DNA of 64,000 nucleotides from Mobula hypostoma (GCF_963921235.1 NC_086109.1:29078001-29142000); one strand, 5' to 3'. Shown: positions 37,071-51,621, numbered from the stretch's first letter. Translations and numbers: made by a program. Notes: generated from the letters alone by a model not told the origin.

Positions 37071-38196
37071 AGACAATTATTGCTTTACAGTTACATTAAC
37101 AATGGAAGACTGGATTCCGTTTATGACAAGAAGCTAAACAAAGAGTATTGGTTGGAAATTTAACTTAACTCTGTGATCTATAGGAGTGCCAGCTGTTGTA
37201 TTTGGAAAGCTGAACTTGGAAAATAAGAAAGGCCCCCTGGTTATGGACAGTGAATGTCCAAGACACATATATTGGCAAGGCTTTGTTGTTGGAGTGGAGG
37301 AGATAGAAGTTGAGCATTTCTGCATTCATCTTCAAGATTAATTTCAATCTAGAGAGATCTTTTTTAACTGAAGTCAAATACTGCAACTAGATGATTTAAA
37401 AAATGTTTGAGCTAATTGGTATTGTGTCTGCAGTAGACCAGTTGTTGTGATTTTGTCTTCCATGCCATTATTGGATCAAAACAAATATCTGTTGGCAGAC
37501 AAACTTCAAGAGTTTCCAGGGTTCCTCCTTGTTGCACATATAAGTTAAATAGGCCTGTGCTGCTCACGGCATTTCTTTCTTGACATGATGTGTAGTGAAT
37601 ATTATGATCATTTGATCATTAGCAGCACAGCAGTTAATTTTGCTGATTTACTACTCTGAGAACCAGTTTCAATCCTGAGATCGGGTAATATCTGTGAGAA
37701 TTTGCATATTTTCTCCATGGCCATACAAGATTCATCTGGGTACTCCAGTTTTTTTTTCTTTGTGCCAAGGTGTACTTATAGGTTAATTGTCAATTGTGAT
37801 GTATTTTAATGTAGTTTAATGTCAAAAGAATCAAAAGGACATTAACGGGCCATTTGTGAGAGAGAATAAGTTGCAGGAGAACAGGGGAATAAATTGGGGA
37901 AATGTGGTTGCTTCCCTGGCAGACATCATGATTCACGTGAGTTGAATGGCCGTTTTTCTGAGACTTTGAGTATAAGGTATGAGAGTTCGAGGGAATATAC
38001 ACTGTGTTTCAGGCTCTACTGCTCAGACAATAGTAGGTTATATTTGAGGAGGATTCTGGTTATGACATTCTTTTTGGTCCTTCTTCTCTCAGAGATTAGT
38101 GAATTCTGAATTCTCTGTCTCAGAGGAAGTTGGTGGCAAGATCATTAGCTTAAAGTGGAGACAGATAACTATCTGAATGTTTTCCAAGCTGTATTA

Positions 38197-38939
38197 AGGC
38201 TGATTTATACTTGTGCGTATTAGCTTAAACCGTAGTATACGCAAGTGGGCTACGCCATTGTGAGCATTTATACTTGTGCATTGCTGTGTCTACGTTGCTC
38301 TGCAATTCACCGCCAAAACGCTAGTTGGCAGTGGGGTTTCTATGCCACTGAGTTGAGTTTCTTCGTGTTGAAACTCAACACAAAGAAACTCCAACTTCAA
38401 ACAATGGTGACTGAAACTGAAGGATGGTGAATTTTCTGTGCTTATCCGGCCACTGAGAGACATGGACGAGGAAATGTATTTCAAATATTTTCGGATGTCG
38501 GCAGATAGATTTGACGATTTGGTTCATCATCTCCAACCATTTAGTTCGCATCAGTGTACGCACGGTATACTCAGAGACTGGCAATCACCATTCGAGTTTT
38601 AGCTTCAGATGGAAGTCAACAGGCTGTAGCAGCTAGCTACAAACTTGCATCAAACACAGGGTCCTCCATAATTTCGGAGGTCTGTAAAGCTTTATGGAAA
38701 GCATTGCAGCCAGAGTTCCTTCCCTTCCCTTCAGTCGCCCAATGGGAAGCTATTGCAGCATAGAAGGAAATGCGATGCTACCAAGCGGACCAATCACAGT
38801 TGTTGTGGTCTGCGTTGCCGCGACGTGTAATTACATTTTGGGAGAGGTGCGTGTTAGGCTGCGGCGTAGGGTACAGCGTAGGGTATGCGGTTACACCATA
38901 CCTACGGCGTACATTTGACGCACAAGTATAAATCAGCCT
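38197..38939 (+). mobile_element. Non-autonomous PIF/Harbinger transposon
   Basis: 22-bp perfect TIR aggctgatttatacttgtgcgt, TTA TSD (38194-38196, 38940-38942). Transposase fragment [15 protein letters not shown]...[11 protein letters not shown]...[13 protein letters not shown]. Confidence 0.9.
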
Positions 38940-39270
38940 TTACTCTACTCTCTAAGTCTGTGCAAAGGAATTGAGGGACTGATCAGCCATGATCATTTTG
39001 AATGGTGAGGCAGACTTGAGGTTCCTCGTGCTGCACTCCCATTCTCATGTTTTTGCGTTCTTGTGTGGGACAGCAGAGAGATCCCTCTGTGGTTACCATC
39101 ATTGGATTTGTTTCTTTTTCTTCAATTTGGTCATAATTGTGACATCTCTGAAATGTCCTCCTCCTCCCAGATCTGTGACATGAGGATGAATTTGTGTATG
39201 GGCCTCCACTTTGGCACATTTTAGAACCTCAATAGGGATAGGGTTTAATCTGAGGGCACTGGTAACTTTT

Positions 39271-42200
39271 CTTTTTCTTTTTCAATCTCTTTATTAATTT
39301 TAGAATATATAAACAAAACATAGCAATGATACAAATAATAGGAGATAAATTGTTACACTTACAAACAGTAATCGTAAAGTCCAATATTGAAATTTGACAA
39401 AGCTCCCAATCATATAAAACTAACAACGGATAATACAAATCAAAAGAAAAATTAAAAAATCATGAAATAGAAAAAAAAAACCAAAACCAAAAAAGAACTC
39501 CCATCCCAAAAGAAAGACAAAATTAATCAACTAAACTAAAAGACTTGGGCAAATCTAAGAACTTAAAAATGAAAAAGAAGAAAACCTCAGTGTCGACGAC
39601 TCCATTCCCCTCCAACAGCAATACAGAGAAATAAAATAAGTTTGGAAATAAAGATATTACATTAAGTGAAAATGCTGAATGAATGGCCTCCAAGTTTTTT
39701 CAAACTTGATGGAAGGGTCATAAACTGCACTTCTAATTTTCTCCAAATTCAAACACAGCATAGTTTGTGAAAACCAATGAAATACCTTAGAAGGGTTAAT
39801 CTCTTTCCAATTCAACAAAATAGACCTTCTAGCCATTAAAGTAAGAAATCATCCTTCGTGATGAAAAGGTTAAATTACTTAAGTCTATCATTGGTAGTCC
39901 AAAAATAGCAGTAATTGGATGCGGTTGTAAGTCTATATTTAAAACCGTTGAAATAATATCAAAAATATCTTTCCAATATTTCTGCAACAGGGGACATGAC
40001 CAAAACATGTGGGTTAGAGAAGCTATCTCGAAATGACATCTGTCACATATTGGATTATTATAAGAGTAATAACGAGATAGTTTATCTTTGGACATATGAG
40101 CCCTGTGCACTGCTTTAAACTGTATCAACCTATGCTTAGCACACACAGAGGATGAATTCACCAACTGAAGAATTTTTTCCCATTTTTCAGTCGGTATATT
40201 AATCTCAAGTTCTCTTTCCCAGTCAGCTTTAATTTTACTAGGAGCATCAGGACATAAATTCAAAATTATATCGTATATGATTGCTACAACACTTTTCTGA
40301 GAGAGATTTAAATCTAAAATTTTTTCCAAAATATCCGTTGGATATGCATGTGGGAAAATTAGGGGAAACAGTAATTAAAAAGTTCCTAATCTGTAAATAT
40401 CTAAAAAAGCGAGATCTGGGTAAGTTATATTTATTAGAAAGTTGATCAAAAAACAAAAAACAATTATCCATAAATAAATCGCGAAAAGATATTATACCTT
40501 TGATTTTCCAATCAGAGTAAGCTTGATCCATCGTGGAAGGTTGAAAAAGAAAGTTTGACAAGATGGGGCTTGCTAGGATAAATTGATTGAACCCAAAAAA
40601 TTTTCGGAATTGAAACCATATACGTAAAGTATGCTTTAACTATTGGGTTATTCATTTGTTTATATAATTTAAAAGAAGTAAAAGAAAGTGAAGTTCCTAA
40701 AACCGAACCCAAGGAAAGCCCTTGTAATGAATTAGATTCAAGATTTACCCAATGAGGATTTGAAGATACGTCCGGATCTCGTAACCAAAATTTTAAATAT
40801 CGAATATTAATTGCCCAATAATAAAATCTAAAATTCGGGAGGGCAAGCCCCCCCTCCTTTTTAGACTCCTGTAAATACCTTTTACCTAACCTAGGATTTT
40901 TATTCTGCCAAATATATGAGGAAATTTTTGAATCTACATTATCAAAAAAAGGTTTTGGGATGAAAATTGGAACTGATTGGAGTATGTACAAAAATTTAGG
41001 CAAAATGATCATCTTAATAGCATTAATCCGACCAATCAAAGACAAAGAGATTGGCGACCATTTGGTAAATAACAGTTTAATCTGATCAATTAAAGGTAAA
41101 AAATTAGCTTTAAATAAATCTTTATATTTTTTCGTAATTGTTATCCCTAAATATATAAATGAATCCGTAACCAGTTTAAATGGTAAAAGTCGATAAATAG
41201 GTACATGCTTATTTAAAGGGAATAATTCACTCTTATTAAGATTCAATTTGTAACCAGAGAAGTTACTAAATTGAGCTAACAAATCTAAGATAGCAGGAAT
41301 TGACTTCTCCGGGTTAGAGATGTATAACAGCAAATCATCTGCATATAACGATAACTTATGTATTTCGTTTCCACTGGTAATACCAACAATATTTGGCAGG
41401 TTACGAATAGCAATTGCTAAAGGTTCAAGAGCAATATTGAATAGCAAAGGACTAAGAGGGCAACCTTGCCTAGTGCCATGAAAAAGACGAAAAAACGGAG
41501 ATCTATAATTATTTGTAAAAACCGAGGCTACCGGGGAGTAATATAACAATTTAATCCAAGATATAAATGTCAAATTAAAATTAAATTTCTCAAGAACATT
41601 AAATAAATAAGGTCATTCGACTCTGTCAAAAGCTTTCTCAGCATCTAAAGAGATAATACATTCCGGGGTGGTAAATGAGGGGGTATAAACAATATTCATT
41701 AACCTCCTAATATTAAAGGATGAATAGCGATTCTTAATAAATCCGGTTTGATCCATAGAAATAATTTGAGGTAACACCTTCTCCAATCTAGTTGCTAGAA
41801 TTTTTGAAAAAATTTTAGAGTCTACATTCAAAAGAGATATCGGTCTGTATGATGCACAATCAGTAGGATCTTTATTCTTTTTAAGAATTAAGGAAATAGA
41901 GGCTTCGTAAAACGATTGTGGTAATTTACCTAAACTGATTGCTTCCTTGAATATTCTAGACAACTTAGAGAAAAGAATGGAGGAAAAAAATTTTTTAAAT
42001 TCCACTGTAAACCCATCCGGACCGGGTGCTTTACCGGAATTCAAAGATGAGATTGCAGTTATTATTTCTTCCTCTGAAATGGAAGTTTCTAATGATAGGG
42101 ATTCTTCCGGTGATAATTTCGGAAAACTCAATTTACTTAAAAAGTCATGCATAAAATTAGAATCATGAGGAAAATCAGAGTGATATAAAGAGGTATAGAA

Positions 42201-43806
42201 TTCTTGAAAGGTTTGATTTATCCCAGCATGATCCACTGTGAAAGTATCATCTTGTTTACGAATCTTAGTAATTTGACGTTTAACCGAATCAAATTTCAAA
42301 TGGTTAGCCAGTAATTTACCCGATTTATCGCTATGAATATAAAAATCACTTCTAGTTCTCATTAATTGATTTTCGATGGAGGATGTAAATAATAAGATAT
42401 GTTCCAATTGGAGTTCAACTCTATGTTTGTACAGCTCCTTACTAGGAGAAATAGCATATTTTTTAACGACTTCTTTAATTTTATCAACCAACAAAAGTAT
42501 TTCATTGTTAAAACATTTTTTCAAACCAGCCGAATAGGAAATGATCTGACCACGGATATAAGCTTTAAAGGCATCCCAAACAGTTTCATTGGAAACTTCG
42601 TCCATAGTATTAGTTGAAAAAAAGAAATCGATCTGCTCCTTTATAAATTTGACAAAATCTTGATCTTGAAGCAAAATAGGGTTAAATCGCCATTGTCGGC
42701 TAGTACAGGAGGTGTCCATTAACTTGATGGAAAGTTTCATTGGAGCATGATCTGAAATAACAATACTGTCATAATTACAATCAACTACATATGGAATCAA
42801 ACGGGAGTCAATCAAAAAATAATCAATTCGGGAAAAAGAATGATGAACATGTGAAAAAAAGGAGAATTCCTTGTCATTTGGATCTAGAAATCTCCAAATT
42901 TCTAAAATCCCAGAATCCAACATAAAAGAATTAATAATAGTAGCCGACTTATTCGGTAAAGCCGGACTAGCTATGGATCTGTCCAACATGGGATTCAGAC
43001 ATAAATTAAAATCACCACCTATTATCAACATATACTCGTTTAAGTTAGGAAAGGAAGTGAATAGGTGTTTAAAAAATTCAGGGTAATCCACATTTGGAGC
43101 ATAAACATTCACCATAGCGACCTTTTTATTAAAAAGTACCCCAGTAATTAACAAAAATCTGCCATTAGGATCCACAATAATGTCTTGATGAATAAATGTC
43201 ATTGAAGGATCAATAAAAATTGAAACGCCTTTAATTTTGGCTTGAGCATTTGAGTGGTATTGTTTTTCCTTCCAAAACTTAAAGAAGTGTTGATTAACCT
43301 CTTTCCTTACATGAGTCTCTTGTGCAAAAATAATATGAGCATTCAGTCTTTGGAACACTTTGAAAACCTTTTTCCGTTTTATTGGATGGTTTAAACCATT
43401 TGTATTCCAAGAAATAAAATTGATAGTATGAGCCATAATTAAGAGTTAACCCTTTGGTGAGAAAGGGGTTAACCACAATGTGAGCTCATAAAACCGGAAG
43501 AGGAATACATGATTAGAGAGGAAGCGGAAATCTCAACACTGTGGACATCTTTGTAGTTCTGAAACAGCCCAATAGAAAAAATTAAAAAAGAAAAAGACTA
43601 TCCCACCCCCCATCCCCAAGAACCCCGAACTAAGCCAGAAATGGCTGAAGGAAGCTCTAACTAAAACTAATTCTAACCCCATTTCTGCAGGGGGCAACTC
43701 CAAAAATATATGTTAGATAGAAGACCTCCCAGAAACTGATGCATGTAAAAACTAACCAGTATAATAATTAATCTACATAATAAAAATTAGTAAAATATAT
43801 AAATTA
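39271..43806 (-). mobile_element. L1-clade LINE, 5'-truncated in the inter-ORF spacer
   Basis: 8-bp TSD taactttt (39263-39270, 43807-43814), A-rich tail, complete ORF2 span, no ORF1. Confidence 0.95.
39657..43436 (-). pseudogene. L1 ORF2 (APE endonuclease, RT, C-terminal CCHC), disrupted
   Basis: FISWNTNGLN, AQETH, GGDFN, SRIDY, SDHAP, LDAEKAFDRVE, GTRQGCPLSP, LYADD, CDRC...HMFWSC. In-frame TGA at 41613-41615 plus three frameshifts near 40630, 40340 and 39840. Confidence 0.92.
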
Positions 43807-46800
43807 TAACTTTTGAACTACTTTTCAGTCTGACATATTGGAGTAACTCCACCAGACAGTGCGCCCTGGGATGGATTCCAGGTCAATTAAATAGTTGTCC
43901 AAAATATCCTGCTGTTCAGCGTTGGATACATGTTCTGCATGACCCCATCTGAATTTAAAAACAAGTAGAATTGCTTCTCCTTAGTCAATGTTGATGAACT
44001 GTCTGATAGTGCAATCTGGGGGGATTTTCAACAACTTCCAGGCATTCTTTGAATAAGTGAACAGGCAGGGGCCAAAACAGAGGGAAGTGCTTTACTGAAG
44101 GGGAATTCCACCTTCAGGCAAATTCTCTTCAACTGTGTGTCATAGTCACATTGCTCAGACATGACAAACATTGAAATATTTAGGATAACACTCATGCCTT
44201 TAATAGTTGACTTATAATCAGAAAGATACAAATTTCATTATAAGGGTAATTTACATTGATCATTAAATCTTAATGGAAAAAGAAGTTGTATTTTGTGTAT
44301 TCATTTGTAAATTTGTAAATCAGTTGAACAAACTAACACATTATGGTTTTTCAGGATAATTTTTATTATTCAAACAAGAAAAATGTTATAAAGTCACTTC
44401 AACAATAATATGGTGGAATAAATATATATTCCAAATAATTTATAACACTTAAATTGTCAACTATCAGCAGAATAAGAACTTTTTTTTATCACTCACATGC
44501 AGACATAAATGTTAAATACATTTAAATTGTACCCATCAAATAGTTAAAATCTCAGATCACTTAAAATTATTAATTACACCTCGGACAGCCTTGATTTTTT
44601 ACTAGATATGCAAACATACTTTGAATTCTACACCAGCTAAATACCATAAAGTTATATTATGTGAGCAGTTAAAATTGTTGGAAATCACTTAGCATTTATG
44701 TATGTTAATACATTATGACAAATTAGTCTTACAGCCAGATATGCTCCATTTTTGTTAAGTGACTCTTATTTCAATTACAGACAATTTGCACAGGCATAAG
44801 ATTTGTTTGTGCAAAATTAGATTTGTAACTTCTTCAAAAATGTTGGACTTTCCTGATGATTAGTGTGGAATGTACATTACTGACCTAAAATTAAAGGGCA
44901 AAAAGGCAGTACACACAAAGACGTGTATTGATCATATTTACTACATGTATATAGCAGAAGGTATATTCTTACAATCAAATGAATAGTCTTCCCATTATGC
45001 GTCTGCCTTGGAATGATTCCTTTTTAAAAGCACTATATACTAGAAGGAGATTGGGGTTGTGAGCTGGGCACTAGACTTTCGGTTGACGTCTGACTTTTCG
45101 GTCAGAACTCTGAACACGACAATATTTCACACGTGTTGCTGCTGAAAAATATCACAGTATTAATAAAGCACAATATGAACAAAACTTTTAAGAAAATGTC
45201 CAGAATGTATTAATTAACCACTCAAAAAACCTGTATTTGCTGAAATATGGATCAGTTTTTGGATTAAAAGAAAACTCGAAGTTTCGGCATGAATTCCCTG
45301 GTGGTGTAGCAGATTGTAAAAATGACAACATCAAAGTTAATTTTTTTTAATTTTCAACTTTATCAGAACTTGTATATTGGATTAATACAGTAATCAGGGA
45401 TTTAACCATCTTTATTCCAAGTTATGCATTGAACTTCCAGCATTTACAGTACATTTTAAAATAAAATGAATGATTTTTTTTCATAAATCCTCTGGGTGCA
45501 AATAGTGTTGTGCTTATGATAAAGTTCAAGTAATGCTGGCTGTCACTATGACAAAATAGTACCTTTAGGCCATGAACTGGTACTCTTTATTGAGCAGAAC
45601 TATTAAGGTCATATAACAGCCCAGAGTTGAAAAGAATTATGCCTGTACAATATATGTACATGCCTCGTGACAATTGGCTAACACTAAATATATGAGTTAT
45701 TTATAGCGTACATTCCAGGCATTTCAAGCCACTTCAACAGTCAAGTAACCATATCTCAGACAAACATGAATGTTAACAGAACTATGCCTGAAGTTATTTG
45801 TCTGAGGTTGCTCTAACAAATAGAGTTCCATGCATTCTATTGACGTCAGAGTAGCAGAATGCTTTTAAGATTGTTTTGTTGTCAGATATTTTACAAAAAT
45901 GGACTAAACATCTCTGGTACAAAAGGAAATAATCCTAACCAGCTCAAAAGGAAATGGCATCAAAATAGTAGGTTTCAGTGCAGTTTAAATACGTGCTATA
46001 ATTAAAGGAAGACTATTTTAGAAAATAACAGTTTATCCATGAAAAAAAGTTTTGTGAAATTCCTTGTATTTTTTGCTGTTAGAAAAATGAAGGTTTTGAT
46101 ATTTCATTCTATTTTAAAATGCCAACTATTTGTCTTCCTGCGGAGAATTCAGGTTAAGATCACATCACCATATCGAACATGATTTCTGCAGTTGTGTTAC
46201 GTAACCTCTGTGAAAGTGGCTTGTTAAAACATTACTGCACTGGTTGGATGTTGCTGGTTGATAACATACATTTCAATTCTCTATCTATTTGCACTTGTGT
46301 GCACTGTTTCACCAAATTTAACATGGTACTTATTTACTCCTTGTATGTTCTTTGATATTTTATATCAGTTGCTTTACATGTGTCAATGAGTTTTTCACAT
46401 TGCTGTGCCCCTATTAAACTATGTAAACATATCACATCAGCTTTTCCTGGCAAGCTTTTACTTTGTCTGTTTGATGTGCATTAAAATGGGTGCTGTGACA
46501 TCTCCTCAGCATGTAAACACTTTGAAGTGCTGCAGATGGGTTCAAATTGGGCTGATATAGACAGATTAGGAAATATCCAAATATGGATTTATTTGGACAA
46601 ATTATGGTAATTTCTCAGATTCTTCACAGACATTTTAATAGATTTTCAACATCTCAAAGAGAAAAACGCAATGTTGTTCTTGCACAAATGTGAAAAAAAA
46701 CGTTTTTGCACATAATATTAACAGAGATGCCATAGATTGCTGTGATGTCCAAAATACTCATCTGTCAGCTCTCCCACTTTAAACATAGCGACAGAAAGTA

Positions 46801-49044
46801 TCCTAAAAGCAGAAGAAAATAGCATAATATTTGAAGAAATGCCAATGCACTGAAAACTTGTGATTTTTATCCTACTTTGCCTCTGGCATAATTTAGCTAA
46901 TAGATAGTTGGCTTGGGAGACACCTCAGGGTTTATAGTGTATTTCAGCAGTATGAGATTGACTTCATGATGTTCTGATTTCCACAATGATGAATTAAACG
47001 TGCTATATAACTGAAGCTAGAATGAATTTGAATCTTCATTCTCTGCTGAGTTTTCAGAGATCACGTTTGCATATGTGTATCACAGGACCACTCATTTTCT
47101 TTTTAAATCTAGTGTTGTCTGTTTGCTCTGTCAGTGTATTTGGCATATTCACCTGGAACAGCCTGAAAGCTCTAAGTGATTTCATATAGCAGTGTACTGA
47201 TTTTCTAATGTGATACAATAAATAACACAATATAAAATGTCCCAATTCAGATTTCACCAGCAGCATTGCCTGCACTCTGACTGTGAAGAATATAAATACT
47301 TTTCACAAGCAGCTATCATACAATATCGTCCCATTTCTGATAGTGCCAGCTTCCACTCTGAAGATCATATTAAATGGCCTCCTGGGACACATTGTCATGC
47401 CAACGATATCCTTTAAAAGAAAAACCATGTAAACACATTCTATTGCACAGGAAAAGTATTTCATTGCTAAGTTCAGATCACAGAACCAGCTGTGAGGCTG
47501 ATACAGATGCTGACTTGCTTCTAATTTAGTGAGTGGCACTTGCATATTTATTTGTAGCTTGAATTTATACCATTCATAGCCCAGAGTCAGGAGTGGGTGG
47601 GGGGAACTTATCATGTGCAAGAAATACGGATGGTAGGAAGCAACGCACACACACAGACTGCTGGAAGATTGTAAATTGTCCCGTGATTAGGTTAGCATTA
47701 ACTAGGTGGGTTGCTGGGCAAGGCGGGTTGTTGAGCTGGAAGGGCCTCGTGCTGAATCTCTAATTAAATAAAAATAAAAATAAATAACTCAGCAAGTCAG
47801 GCAGCATCTGTGGAGGGGAATAAACAGTCAAGGTTTCATTCCAAGACCCTTCAAATGTTCAAAGTTCAACCCTGAAATTCTTTTTCTTGCGGGCATGCTC
47901 AGTAAATCTATAGAATATTAACTATAACAGGATCAATGAAAGATCAAACAGGGTGCAGAAGACAACAAATTGTGCAAATTCAAATATAAATAAATAGTAA
48001 TACATAACAAGAACTTGAGATAATGAAATAAAGAGTCCTTAAAGTGAGGTTATTGGTTGTGGGGAACATCTTAATGATGGAACAAGTGAAGTTGATTGTA
48101 GTTATCTGCTTTAATCAAGAGCCTGATGGTTGAGGGACATTAACTGTTCTTGAATCTGGTGGTTCGAGTCCTGAGGCTCTTGCATCTTCTACCTGAAGGC
48201 AGAGAGAAGAGAGCGTGGCCAGGGTAGGGGAGATCTCTAATGATGGATGCGGCTTTCTTAGACCAGAATTGAGAAGGAATTGGGCGGAAACAAAAAGTGG
48301 TAGGGGGGAGGGGGTTGGGGAAGACACATTTGTTGAGTTCCTCCAGCATTCAGTTGCTCAAGATTTTTAGCATCCGCAGAATCACTTTTGTTTAGGATAG
48401 GAAGGTTGTGCTGTCCATCAATGTGTTACTGAGAGTGATTTTAGTTTGTTTGAAGTGAATCTGAATGATTTAAGCCTGAAGGCACACACTCAAGGATACA
48501 GGAGCAGATTCTTCCTTTCTGCCACCCGATTTCTGAATGAGCACTACCTCACTACTTTTTTTTTTATTTCTGTATTTTTTGGACTACAGTACTTATTTAA
48601 TTTAACTACTCAACATACTTACAGTAATTCACAGTTTTCTTCTATTATTATGTATTGCGTTGTACTGCTACTGCAAAGTTAACAAATTTCACGACATATG
48701 CAAGTGATATTAAACATGATTCTGATGCTGATTCTAATATGTTAAGTCTTCATCACTAAGGAGCAGGAATTTCTTTCAGAAATTATTGTTGAAATACTCA
48801 AGAAAGCACAAGTTTCATATTTTTTCTAAACCATAATTGGAAGTCTTTGCTAATGAGGTAAAGAAAAGAGATGAACTCCATTCACAGAAGGTCTAGTGAA
48901 CTCCAGAGTATCACATCAGCTTTATATGGCAAGCTTTGACTTTCTCTTGTTGATATGCTGAATTAATTAGATTTCTATAACATCTCTGCACATACAAGCA
49001 CTTCAATTTAGGTTTGACTTGGATCAATATACACTTCATGTTCT

Positions 49045-49550
49045 GAGTATATGTTTGCAGTCTTCTGCTTCTGTAGCCCATCTACTTTATGGTTCAACAT
49101 GTGCACTCAGGGATGCTCTTCACTGTTATAACGCACGGTATTTGAGTTACTGTCACCATCCTGTCAGCTTGAACTAGTTTGGCCATTCACCTCTGATCTC
49201 TCTCATTAACAAGGCATTTTCATCCAGAGAACTACAGCGAACTGGGTGTTGTTTTTTTTTGTTTTTCGCACCAGTCTCTGTGAACTCTAGAGACTGTTGT
49301 GCGTGAATATCCCAGGAGATCAGCAGTTTCTGAAATACTCAAACACCTCATCTGGCACAAGCAATCATTCCACAGTGAAAGTCACTTAGATCACATTACT
49401 CCCCCGTTCTGAGGTTTGGTCTGAAAACCAACTGAACCTCTTGATCAAGTCTGTATGCTGTTATGCATTGAATTGCTTCCACATGATTGGCAAATTAGAT
49501 ATGTGCATTAACGAGCAGGTGTACAGGTATGCCTAATAAAGTGCCCACTG
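49045..49550 (-). mobile_element. Tc1-like transposon remnant
   Basis: Terminal cctaataaagtgcccactgag matches the TA-flanked TIR cactcagtg..cactttatt of the related copy at 59806. Confidence 0.7.
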
Positions 49551-50187
49551 AGAGAAGATAGATTAGGAAAGATTCAAATACGAATGTGTGTGGTTTAGTC
49601 TTCATCACTCAGAATATTCATTGAAAAATTTGGCCCAAGTCCTGTTACAAAGCAAGGCAGAACATTTACACTTAGTGATAAAGTCCCTTTGCCTTTATAT
49701 GTTGCAATTGCAATATTTCACGGCATTGTTGCAGAAAGCAGATTTCACTATATTAGGGTCTTACAGTCACATATGATCTGTATTAGTTTATTTCTAATAG
49801 ATTTTTTATTCCTTGCTAGAGAAAGGAAAATGTGCAATAAATGGTCTGTCAGTGTGTGTAAGCAATGAGATCTGGTGAGAGCCTTGAAATGATAGCCATG
49901 GTATGGCGGGCTATGGAAATGTAGGGATTGTTGAATGAGTTGGATGTGGAGCAGGGGATAGCAGTGTATATGTTGGGACATGGCATTCAAGATGCAATCA
50001 ATGGATCATCTTGAACCAAGGAGTTTATTGTGAGGGATCAGTGGTGGAAAGGATGATCAGCTTTAATTTCCTCTGCGTCAACATCTATTCTGGGGTGACA
50101 TTCAGTAGACTCAGCCAGCTCCACCACAGGCACAACCCCCTTCACCATTTTCTCAGGAATTCACACAGACAATATGAATATAGATAG

Positions 50188-51621
50188 CAGACACCCCACC
50201 TCTCCCAGAAGTTCCAGGAGTCTCCTGCATATTGATAGTGGCTCCCTGATGCCCGGAAATTATATACTATATCCCAGAAATCGATTTTTTTTTGAGAGAG
50301 AGAGGGAGCTCGAGCATCCTGATTGCTCTCTCTTCATGCTAAGAGTGGTCCCCAACCACTGGGCCACAAGGAAACAATATGATTTGGCGATATGAAACGA
50401 TATGAGTCAGCTGCACCTTTCCTCATTCCCTGTCACACCTACTTTTGAACTTGAACGCATATGAGGTCGTTATGCATGCGTCATCCATGTCAGCGCGGGA
50501 AGAAGATCAACTCCTCAAGCTTGCAAATGACGGCAGGCTGAAAAGTATGTTTGACATAACATCTTTGCTGGCATTCTGGATCAAAGTCAAGGCTGAATAT
50601 TCCGAGATAGCCACGGAAGCACTGGAAACATTGCTTCCATTTCCAACATATCTCTGCAATGAATGCAACAAAAACTAAATTGCGGAACAGACTGGACATA
50701 AGGAACCCCCTTCCGAGTATCGCTGTCTCCCATCACCCCTCGATAGGACCATCTTGTTGCAGGAAAACAAGCCCAGGGCTCCCACTGATTCAGCGATATT
50801 GGTGTGTTGCAATGATTTTATATGTTCATATGAGGAAAATATGTGCTATGTGTTTAATATCCAAATGTTACTTAAAATGTTATGATGCTATTGACTTATA
50901 ATTGACTTATCACTATATTCATGCAAGGAAAATATGCGCTGTGTGTTTAATGTTAAATTCGTCAGAAAAACCCTTTTAGAAACAAAACTGAGTGTATTAA
51001 CCACTTATAACTGACTTATAGTTGACTTATCACTTATATTCTGGTGGTGATTAACACCCCCGCCCCCGGTCGGCCGGTCCGCAAGAATGTTGTCAATATT
51101 AAACCGGTCAGCGGTGCAAAAAAGGTTGGGGACCCCTGCTAAGTAGACCTATCAGTTTTCTCTGTGGGTGGGCTTTACAGTTGACCTCAAAAATAATGAC
51201 AGTGTTCCCCACTGCACTGTTTGCAACAGTGACTTTTCTATTGCCCATGGCGAGTTAAAATGTAAAAGACTTGTTGAGGTGAGTTTAACAGGTGTCATTC
51301 ATTCATTAGCATAGCTAACGTTATTTAAACTAGCTGGCTGGCTGCTAAGGAGCTACGCTATTGATGTCCTACATGATGACACCAAACTCCCTGCAGATTT
51401 GCTTAAAGTTGTAATAGAATAAACATGATAATATAATATAATATAAGTACATATTTTAATGTCACATTTGCTGCATATACCCAACTTGGTTTACAGATTA
51501 GACAAAACCAATAAACAAAGTATTACATACACCCTTGGAGGTGGGGGGGTGGGGGATATGGGGTTGCGGGGGGCTGGAGTGCTACCTCCCTGAAATGAGT
51601 TTTTGCAGGGTGAGATGTCTG
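50188..51621 (+). mobile_element. Second copy of the 6-bp-TSD hAT-like family
   Basis: TIR cagacaccccacc/ggtgagatgtctg; TSD agatag (50182-50187, 51622-51627). Internal homology to 4739-5809. Confidence 0.85.
50344..51138 (+). mobile_element. hAT Charlie/Buster-type deletion derivative nested in the previous element
   Basis: TIR agtggtccccaacc/ggttggggacccctg. Dimerisation-domain fragment FWIKVKAEYSEIATEALETLLPFPTYLC...KTKLRNRLD. Flank ctaag repeated on both sides. Confidence 0.85.
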
